From positions 1 through 40,864 of the forward strand of contig CAMAGQ010000001.1 in the NCBI GenBank assembly GCA_945833895.1: DNA of 40,864 bases, in the 5' to 3' direction. This DNA comes from an uncultured bacterium (GTDB lineage Bacteria; Cyanobacteriota; Vampirovibrionia; Gastranaerophilales; Gastranaerophilaceae). Every line of letters begins with the position of its first letter. Within the stretch, counting starts at the first letter, position 1. The notes below the pieces were generated by a model. That model saw only the letters and a list, made by a program, of their open reading frames with translations. It did not search any database and had not been told where the DNA came from. Shown in pieces: positions 34,313 through 40,864 of the stretch. The translations under genes and the position numbers were made by a program.

Positions 34313-35893
34313 ATGAGTTTAGGGAAAATAATTTACGTTGATGATGAAGTAATGCTCACCTCTACGTTTTCAACTTTGATGAAAATAGAGGGGTTCAAGG
34401 ATGTTGTTGTGTTCAACAGCCCTGTAGAAGCACTTGAATACTTAAAAACAGAAACCCCGGATTTGATTATTTCGGACTTTTTAATGCCCGATATGAACGG
34501 GTTAGAGTTTCTGCGAGAAGCGAAAAAACTCTATCCTGAGGTCAGTATGATTTTATTGACGGCTTACGCTGATAAAGAAAACGCAATCAAAACAATTAAC
34601 GAAATCGGGGTTTATAAATATATTGAAAAACCGTGGGATAATGACGATTTGGTCATGAATATTAAAAACGGTATTGAAAGAAGTCATTTACTCGCAGATT
34701 TAAGAGAGAAAATTTCAGAGTTAGAGGTGGCAAAAGCACAATTAAAGGCATATTCAGGTGAATTAGAGGTTCTTGTTGCAGAAAGAACAAAAGAGCTCAC
34801 CGTTGCGAATAAAAAGTTGGCGGGAATTATCAACTACTGTGCTGACGGTATTATTATAATTGATGCTAAGGGCAATATTGAACAGGTTAATCCGGCATGC
34901 GAAAACATGGTCGGGTTATCAGCAGATGCCTTAACAAAAATGAAAATTCAAGAGATTGCTTATACGGACAATCCGTTGTTAAATAAATCTCAAAAATCGT
35001 CCGTTAAAAGTGCGATTTTAGGTTTGTCATGTGAAAATTCAGAGTTCTTACTAAGAGATTTATACATAAGAAATGTCGTTACGGAAGAGGCAATTCCTGT
35101 TGAAATCAATTTTGCGGCATTATCCTCTGATGAATCTGAAATGGAGCGTTTTGTCGGTGTTATTCGTAATTTCAGCGTTCAAAAAGAAACAGAGCGATTA
35201 AGAGATGATTTTATTGCCACATTAACCCATGATCTTAGAACTCCGCTGCTTGCCGCAATTCAGACCTTGAAATTCTTTATTGACGGCTCTTTGGGTGATT
35301 TAAAAGACCAGCAAAAAGTTTTACTTACAACCATGCTCCAAAGTAACGAGGATTTACTGGGTTTGGTTAATGCATTGCTTGAGGTTTACAGATTTGAAAG
35401 CGGGAAATTGTCACTATGTAAGACTGTTTTCAATGTGAAAGACTTAATTAAGCAGTGCTATGACGAGTTAGAGCCGCTGTCGGTTAAGAAAAATATTTCG
35501 TTTAATCTTACATGCGATTTTGATGATGATGTTCTAATTGACGCTGATAGAGCGGAAATTAAGCGTGTAATCATCAACTTATGCGGTAATGCCTTGAATT
35601 ACACAAATAAAGGCGGAACAATTGAAATTATCGCAAAAATTGTATCAAACGGGTTAATGTTTTCTGTTGTGGATAACGGTAACGGTATTCCGAAAGAAGA
35701 TATTCCGCATTTGTTTATGAGATTTTCTCAAGGAACATGCAAAAAACGCTCAACCGGTACAGGTTTAGGATTATACTTATCACGCCAGATTATTGAGGCA
35801 CACGGCGGTAAGATTTGGGTTGAAAGTAAAGTCAATACAGGCAGTGAGTTTTCGTTTTTACTTACTGATGTAGTTGCAAAATCAAGAGTATAA
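34313..35893 (+). CDS. cytoplasmic sensor kinase: N-terminal receiver (REC), coiled coil, PAS, HisKA, HATPase_c
   Basis: REC (IYVDDE...DLIISDFLMPDMNGLEF...KPW), PAS-like region (IINYCADGIIIIDAKGNIEQVNPACENMVG), H-box THDLRTPL, and N/G boxes NLCGNALNY, DNGNGIP, GTGLGLYLSRQIIEAHGG. No TM segment. Confidence 0.9.
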   Translation: MSLGKIIYVDDEVMLTSTFSTLMKIEGFKDVVVFNSPVEALEYLKTETPDLIISDFLMPDMNGLEFLREAKKLYPEVSMILLTAYADKENAIKTINEIGVYKYIEKPWDNDDLVMNIKNGIERSHLLADLREKISELEVAKAQLKAYSGELEVLVAERTKELTVANKKLAGIINYCADGIIIIDAKGNIEQVNPACENMVGLSADALTKMKIQEIAYTDNPLLNKSQKSSVKSAILGLSCENSEFLLRDLYIRNVVTEEAIPVEINFAALSSDESEMERFVGVIRNFSVQKETERLRDDFIATLTHDLRTPLLAAIQTLKFFIDGSLGDLKDQQKVLLTTMLQSNEDLLGLVNALLEVYRFESGKLSLCKTVFNVKDLIKQCYDELEPLSVKKNISFNLTCDFDDDVLIDADRAEIKRVIINLCGNALNYTNKGGTIEIIAKIVSNGLMFSVVDNGNGIPKEDIPHLFMRFSQGTCKKRSTGTGLGLYLSRQIIEAHGGKIWVESKVNTGSEFSFLLTDVVAKSRV

Positions 35894-35904
35894 AGGTGAA
35901 TATA

Positions 35905-36579
35905 ATGTCAAAGTGTATAAAGGTTACAATAATTGAAGATCATGACATGACAAGAATGGGGTTATCCTTCGCATTATCAAACAATGAATCGATTGAGGTT
36001 TTGGGAACGGCATCTGACGGGTTAGAAGGTGTCGAACAGGCTCTTGAACTAAAACCTGATTTGGTAATCATGGACATTGGTTTACCAACAATTGACGGAA
36101 TTGAAGCAACACGTAAAATCAAAAATTCCATGCCAGAAATTAAAGTTCTCATGAATACATCAAGAGATAATGAAGATGATATTCTTGATTCATTTGCGGC
36201 AGGTGCTGACGGATATATTACAAAGGGGGCAACTTCCGAGCAAACTATCTCGGCTATAAAGGCTGTAAGTGAAGGGGTTGGCTGGCTTGACCCTGCAATC
36301 GCAAGAGTTGTACTTTCTAACATCAGAAAAGCAAGTCAGACAGAATCTAAACTGAACGGTATAAACTACAAAAAAGGTAAGAATTTATACGGCTTAACTG
36401 AGCGTGAAATGGAAGTTCTTGCACTTCTTGTCGAAGGTTTAAAAAATCCGCAGATTTCTAAAAAATTAGTTATTACGATTGCTACAACAAAAACTCACGT
36501 CCATAATATTTTGCAGAAATTGTATGTAAAAACCCGTTCGAAGGCTGTTGCAACAGCCATGAAAGACGGCTTGGTGTAG
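35905..36579 (+). CDS. NarL/LuxR-family response regulator
   Basis: REC (IIEDHDMTRMGL...DLVIMDIGLPTIDG...TSRD) plus a LuxR HTH (LTEREMEVLALLVEGLKNPQISKKLVITIATTKTHVHNILQKL). I prefer the ATG at 35905, with AAGGTG 6 nt upstream, over the GTG at 35896. Confidence 0.9.
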   Translation: MSKCIKVTIIEDHDMTRMGLSFALSNNESIEVLGTASDGLEGVEQALELKPDLVIMDIGLPTIDGIEATRKIKNSMPEIKVLMNTSRDNEDDILDSFAAGADGYITKGATSEQTISAIKAVSEGVGWLDPAIARVVLSNIRKASQTESKLNGINYKKGKNLYGLTEREMEVLALLVEGLKNPQISKKLVITIATTKTHVHNILQKLYVKTRSKAVATAMKDGLV

Positions 36580-36591
36580 AGATTTTAGACT

Positions 36592-38265
36592 ATGAATATT
36601 AAAGTTTTACCGCTAAGTTTTCTGATATGTGCCTGTGTTTGTTTACAGGCTTTTTCGCTTGATATTCCTAAACAAGATGTTAAATCTCGTGATATAAAAT
36701 ACAAATACAACAGGCTAAAAGAGCAGGAAAAATATAAAAAAGAGGGTAAAATTTTAAATCTTCAGCCATCAGGTTACATGACCGTTGATGAGTACGAAAT
36801 TATGTCTGAATATAAAGACAAAACTCAAATGGAATTAGATATTCCAAAGGTGCAAACACCGTCTGATTTTAAATATGTTCCGCATCCGACATACAAAATT
36901 GTAAAATATAACAATCCGCCGGGAAGTACCGAGTTACGCATTGATAAACGAATTTACACTCAGCGTCAAATTAACGCTCAAGGAATTGTTTCGCCTGATT
37001 TTTCGGTGCTTGTTTATCCTGCGATTTATTATTATACGGATAGTGCCTCAGTTGCTTCGGATATCTTTGTTATTCCTTTATCAGGTGAAGATTCTCCGCT
37101 TGATAAAATTTTGAAAGCAAACGTAATGAAGCGAATTCCGACACCGATTTTGTCTACCGATAAAAATCTAAGCAACTACGCATCTTTTATGTCACTAACT
37201 CCTGTAGATTTCTCAACTGACGGGAAAAAACTTCTTATAAAAGAGAAAATCGGAAGTCGTGAGGACGGAATTTGGAAAACTACCATTTTTGTTTATGATT
37301 TTTCCAATAAACTTGATTATGACCTGTCTGAAATTCGTGCGGGGATAACGTACTTCTGGAAAGAGTATATGGGATTAAACCTCAACGATTACCGCTGGGA
37401 TATTTATCCGCTCGGGTTTTTGAAAGCACAACCTGACAGAGTTGCGGTTCAGGCAATCGCTTACACAGGCTCTACACCTGTATTTCTAGGAACTTGGAGT
37501 ATTGATACAAAAGGCAATCAGACAAGAGTTGTTTCTTTTGAAAAAGATGTTGAACCTTTAATCAGTGCAAACGGTTACAAGGTCGTAAAAGACGGCGTTG
37601 AAGAGTATGACGTTATAGAAAAAGAAGAAAAATCCCAGAAAAAAGAAGATAAAATCAGAAAAAAACAGTTTGAACAGTACAAAAAAGAACGTCTGAAAGA
37701 AATTGATTACGAGTACAAATATGCCGTCAAATATCTTGATAAAGACTACAAAATGGAATATCGAGATTACCGCAAACTTCGCTCACTATCAGGTGTTAAG
37801 GACAGCGACAAGCTAAAAGAAGCATACAGAAAATTCCTTGTTGAACAGTACAAAAAAGACCTTGAAAAGTCGGCAAAAGATATTGAGAAACAAAACAAAA
37901 AACTTGATAAGATTAATCAAAAACTTGATAAATTACACGAAAAACTGGGTGAACCGCCTTCAAACACACCTGCGGGAGGTTCTACCCTTGACCAATATCT
38001 AAACAATATTCAAGGCGGAAAAACTAGTCCTCTTGATGAATTTGAAATAGATAAGTTCAAATTTAATACGGAAGAACAACCGTCAAATTCTCAACTTCCG
38101 AAAGGTACGCTAAACTATACCGATATTAATGGGAATACACTACAATTGAGGAGCGGAGAAACTACCGTCGTAGAGGAAATGTTTAGCGAGGATGACGATG
38201 ACGAACACACAAGACCTCAAAAGCCTGAGGAGGATATTGATTTAGACGTCAAGATATATGACTAG
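36592..38265 (+). CDS. secreted hypothetical protein with central K/E-rich coiled coil and acidic C-terminus
   Basis: 557-aa ORF starting 12 nt after the regulator gene. N-terminal signal-peptide-like MNIKVLPLSFLICACVCLQAFS. A strand-rich N-domain of about 330 aa. A K/E/D-rich heptad-like region (about aa 340-450). Tail EDDDDEH...EEDIDLD. Confidence 0.72.
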   Translation: MNIKVLPLSFLICACVCLQAFSLDIPKQDVKSRDIKYKYNRLKEQEKYKKEGKILNLQPSGYMTVDEYEIMSEYKDKTQMELDIPKVQTPSDFKYVPHPTYKIVKYNNPPGSTELRIDKRIYTQRQINAQGIVSPDFSVLVYPAIYYYTDSASVASDIFVIPLSGEDSPLDKILKANVMKRIPTPILSTDKNLSNYASFMSLTPVDFSTDGKKLLIKEKIGSREDGIWKTTIFVYDFSNKLDYDLSEIRAGITYFWKEYMGLNLNDYRWDIYPLGFLKAQPDRVAVQAIAYTGSTPVFLGTWSIDTKGNQTRVVSFEKDVEPLISANGYKVVKDGVEEYDVIEKEEKSQKKEDKIRKKQFEQYKKERLKEIDYEYKYAVKYLDKDYKMEYRDYRKLRSLSGVKDSDKLKEAYRKFLVEQYKKDLEKSAKDIEKQNKKLDKINQKLDKLHEKLGEPPSNTPAGGSTLDQYLNNIQGGKTSPLDEFEIDKFKFNTEEQPSNSQLPKGTLNYTDINGNTLQLRSGETTVVEEMFSEDDDDEHTRPQKPEEDIDLDVKIYD

Positions 38266-38512
38266 AATTTATTAGTGCAAGTTTCTGTTTTCTGGTTAAT
38301 TTGTGCTTAATTCGGTATTCTTCTTTGAGGGCTTCCTGTTTGGTTTCAAATTCCTTTTGCCATACAACTTTTACGGGCTTATTTGCTTTTGTGTATTTCG
38401 CACCCTTGCCTTCCAGATGTGCAACAAACCGCTTTTCAACATCATCCGTGTAACCGCAGTACAAGGTGTCATTTTTAGTTAAAAGTATGTAAACAAAATG
38501 TTTCTTATCCAT
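38249..38512 (-). CDS. GIY-YIG nuclease family protein (UPF0213/YhbQ-like)
   Basis: 87 aa. FVYIL...LYCGYTDD...KRFVAH...GAKYT...E(x)nK is the characteristic GIY-YIG layout. The 3' end overlaps the convergent gene by 17 nt. Confidence 0.88.
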   Translation of the reverse strand: MDKKHFVYILLTKNDTLYCGYTDDVEKRFVAHLEGKGAKYTKANKPVKVVWQKEFETKQEALKEEYRIKHKLTRKQKLALINSSHIS

Positions 38513-38589
38513 ATTTATATTATATTACATTTTTGTAATCTGATTTTGAAGTTTTGCTTAATTTCATATATTTGATATAAACTAATGAT

Positions 38590-39384
38590 ATGAATAAAAG
38601 ATACGCAATTTGCTACAATCCTGAAATGAACAATTCTGTTGAGGTTAAAGATACTTTGTCCTCAATACTTGAAAAGAACTCTATTGAACATAAAGTTTTA
38701 GAAATTGAGGAACTTTCTTCAGGGTTTGATTTTGTTTTTGTAATAGGCGGAGATGGCACGATATTGAAAGCCGCAAGGTTTTATTCTGATTTTGGAACGC
38801 CGGTACTTGGCATAAATTTAGGCAGATTAGGGTTTTTATCTCAAGCAACGCCTGATGATTTGGAAATTACCGTAAAGAAAATCATCAACGAAGAATACAA
38901 AGTTGAGCATAGAATGATGCTTACAGCAGGCGGATATTCGGCACTGAACGATTTTGTTATAAAAGGCGGATTAACCGGCAGAACCTCACGTTTTGCACTG
39001 CAAATTAACGGCAAACTTGTGTGTGAATACCTTGCCGACGGGATAATTATATCAACTCCGACAGGAAGTACCGCTTACGGAATGGCTGCAGGCGGCCCCG
39101 TACTTTCACCTGAAATGGAAGCAATCGCAATAGTTCCGATTTGTCCGCATACGTTTTCAGCCCGTCCGATTGTCGTTTCGGCGAATGACGAAATAAAAAT
39201 TCTGCCTTGCCCTAACAATGAATATAATGTTTCGGTTGACGGTCAGGTAGTGTTTAACCTTTCTGGCGAACTTCTGATTACTAAACCTGAGAAAAAAGCT
39301 AATCTTGCTCTTCTGGTTGAAAACGATTTTTATTCGATTTTGAGGAATAAGTTGCACTGGGGAATTTCACCTGCTAAAATTTAG
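38590..39384 (+). CDS. nadK: NAD kinase
   Basis: 264 aa. GGDGTILKAAR, NDFVI and DGIIISTPTGSTAYGMAAGGPV motifs. Confidence 0.92.
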   Translation: MNKRYAICYNPEMNNSVEVKDTLSSILEKNSIEHKVLEIEELSSGFDFVFVIGGDGTILKAARFYSDFGTPVLGINLGRLGFLSQATPDDLEITVKKIINEEYKVEHRMMLTAGGYSALNDFVIKGGLTGRTSRFALQINGKLVCEYLADGIIISTPTGSTAYGMAAGGPVLSPEMEAIAIVPICPHTFSARPIVVSANDEIKILPCPNNEYNVSVDGQVVFNLSGELLITKPEKKANLALLVENDFYSILRNKLHWGISPAKI

Positions 39385-39538
39385 TTACAATAATACTTGA
39401 TAATATTAAATTTTGTTCATAATTATCGGGTTTTTCTTGTACATTTGCTCTATTTAAAATACTATGTTATTATAAAACTGTGCATGATGTAATTGTGTAA
39501 TGTTTTAGGATAAAAATAGTTATAAGAGGTAAAATATA

Positions 39539-40708
39539 GTGGAAAATATCGTTTCAGATCTTTTCGCAAGAAAAGAAGATTCATCAAATGAGCAGACTGC
39601 AAGACTTGGTGCTAACCCTACAAACATCAAAGTTATCGGTGTTGGCGGTGGCGGAGGAAATGCCGTTAACCGAATGATTCAATCAGGTCTTTCCGGTGTT
39701 GATTTCTGGTTGATGAATACAGATGCACAGGTGTTAGTTTCAGGAAAAACAAATAACAGAATCCAACTTGGTTCTGTTTCAACACAAGGTCTTGGTGCCG
39801 GCGGTGATCCTTCAGTTGGTGAAAAGGCCGCAGAAGAAGCACAACAGGCAATAACAGAAGCTCTTGACGGTGCGGATATGGTATTTATCACTGCAGGTAT
39901 GGGCGGTGGAACAGGTACAGGTGCTGCTCCTGTTGTTGCAAGAATTGCAAAACAACTTGGCATTTTGACTGTTGCTGTCGTTACAAAACCGTTTGCTTTT
40001 GAAGGTAAGAAAAGACAAAATCAGGCAATTGCCGGTATTGAAAAATTAAAAGAATCAGTTGATTCAGTGATTATCGTTCCTAACGACAAATTGTTACAAG
40101 TTGTAGACAGACAAGTTACACTGTCAGAATCTTTCATTATTGCTGATGAAGTTTTATTGAGAGGTGTTCAAGGTATTTCTGATATAATCACAGTTCCCGG
40201 CTTGATTAACGTTGACTTTGCTGATGTTAAGACAGTTATGCAGGCATCAGGTTCAGCATTGATGGGTATCGGTAGAGCACAGGGCGAAGGTCGTGCAATC
40301 AAGGCGGCTCAACAAGCTATCAATTCACAATTGCTTGAATCTTCTATCAACGGTGCTTCAGGTGTTATTGTTAACATCACGGGCGGCCCTGATTTGGGTA
40401 TTCACGAAATTAGTGATGCGGCTTCAATTATTCACGATGCAGTTTTGGATGATGCGACTGTAATTATCGGTACTGCACTCAACGAATCAATTCAAGGTGA
40501 AATTCAAATTACTGTTATCGCAACAGGTTTTGAATTGAAAAATAACGCAACTTCTCCAATGTTCGGTTCATCAGCTAACTCTCAGGGAAGTGCACCGCAA
40601 ATGAATGCTTCTGACTTCTTCTCAGGTGCATTCAATAATCAAACAAAATCTGTTTTATCAAATAACAACTTCACAAATATTGAAATTCCTGACTTTTTGA
40701 AAAGATAA
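39539..40708 (+). CDS. ftsZ: cell division protein FtsZ
   Basis: 389 aa. [17 protein letters not shown] and tubulin signature [14 protein letters not shown]-terminal conserved peptide IPDFLKR. GTG start with AGAGG 8 nt upstream. Confidence 0.95.
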   Translation: MENIVSDLFARKEDSSNEQTARLGANPTNIKVIGVGGGGGNAVNRMIQSGLSGVDFWLMNTDAQVLVSGKTNNRIQLGSVSTQGLGAGGDPSVGEKAAEEAQQAITEALDGADMVFITAGMGGGTGTGAAPVVARIAKQLGILTVAVVTKPFAFEGKKRQNQAIAGIEKLKESVDSVIIVPNDKLLQVVDRQVTLSESFIIADEVLLRGVQGISDIITVPGLINVDFADVKTVMQASGSALMGIGRAQGEGRAIKAAQQAINSQLLESSINGASGVIVNITGGPDLGIHEISDAASIIHDAVLDDATVIIGTALNESIQGEIQITVIATGFELKNNATSPMFGSSANSQGSAPQMNASDFFSGAFNNQTKSVLSNNNFTNIEIPDFLKR

Positions 40709-40722
40709 AATATTGATTTAAT

Positions 40723-40758
40723 AAAAAAAGAGGCAGAGGTTAACCCCTCTGCTTTTTT
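40723..40758. terminator. bidirectional rho-independent terminator (ftsZ and a convergent right-edge gene)
   Basis: A7, then GCAGAGG-ttaacc-CCTCTGC, then T6. It can terminate transcription from either strand. Confidence 0.8.
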
Positions 40759-40864
40759 ATTCTGTAAGTATGGAAAGGTTGAGTATTTCTATATCATCGT
40801 AATCAATTCTGTCATTTCTGTTCATGTTATAACCTGTTTTGATTGTAACCTGATTTTTTGAGTT
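40757..40864 (-). CDS. possible 3' end of a convergent gene truncated by the window edge
   Basis: The minus-strand frame is open from the window edge to the TAA at 40757-40759 (35 codons, ...DYDDIEILNLSILTE). The stop sits in the bidirectional terminator. It is too short to assign a product. Confidence 0.3.
   Translation of the reverse strand, partial: NSKNQVTIKTGYNMNRNDRIDYDDIEILNLSILTE

Noticed and set aside
38249-38512. GIY-YIG nuclease as a toxin or defence component
   Set aside because: This is an 87-aa stand-alone UPF0213/YhbQ-type protein of a widespread housekeeping-like family. It has no partner gene (antitoxin, methylase, helicase), and its neighbours are nadK and an unrelated convergent gene.

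Overview
This is an AT-rich, gene-dense bacterial chromosomal segment; by eye it is roughly mid-30s % GC, which I did not compute. I can support 34 complete protein-coding genes and one possible partial CDS at the right edge. There are three tRNAs: Arg-ACG (+), Pro-CGG (-) and Val-UAC (-). I also call several intrinsic terminators, a few promoter candidates, and three loci of GC-rich palindromic intergenic repeats. I see no rRNA, CRISPR array, transposase, integrase, phage genes or recognisable defence genes.

Most of the content is housekeeping: ClpC, SmpB, an OppF-type ATPase, dihydrolipoyl dehydrogenase, alanine racemase, phosphogluco/mannomutase, homoserine kinase, ferredoxin, a sigma-70 factor, RecN, LeuD, NAD kinase and FtsZ. 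ClpC, FtsZ and the sigma factor look cyanobacterial-type, yet the DNA is AT-rich and there are no photosynthesis genes. That is consistent with, but does not prove, a non-photosynthetic cyanobacteria-related lineage (Melainabacteria/Vampirovibrionia-like).

I do not see a clear-cut novel system. The best candidates for follow-up are:
1. An 878-aa, insertion-laden GlgA-like glycosyltransferase with a C-terminal membrane anchor (349-2985).
2. A tandem pair of Cys-rich 10-TM transporters with CCHH loops, heading an operon with a TPR-GT9 protein and a Zn-dehydrogenase (10527-15050).
3. A 527-nt repeat-laden spacer with nested inverted repeats (20384-20910). It separates an MnmC-type methyltransferase from an FAD oxidoreductase, which may form a split MnmC-like pair.
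4. A SEC-C-motif orphan protein apparently co-transcribed with recN (27987-29279).
5. A REC-PAS-kinase / NarL-type regulator / secreted coiled-coil protein operon, with a divergent Met/Gln-rich orphan (33370-38265).

All functional calls rest on motifs read by eye and recalled family knowledge. No database search was run.
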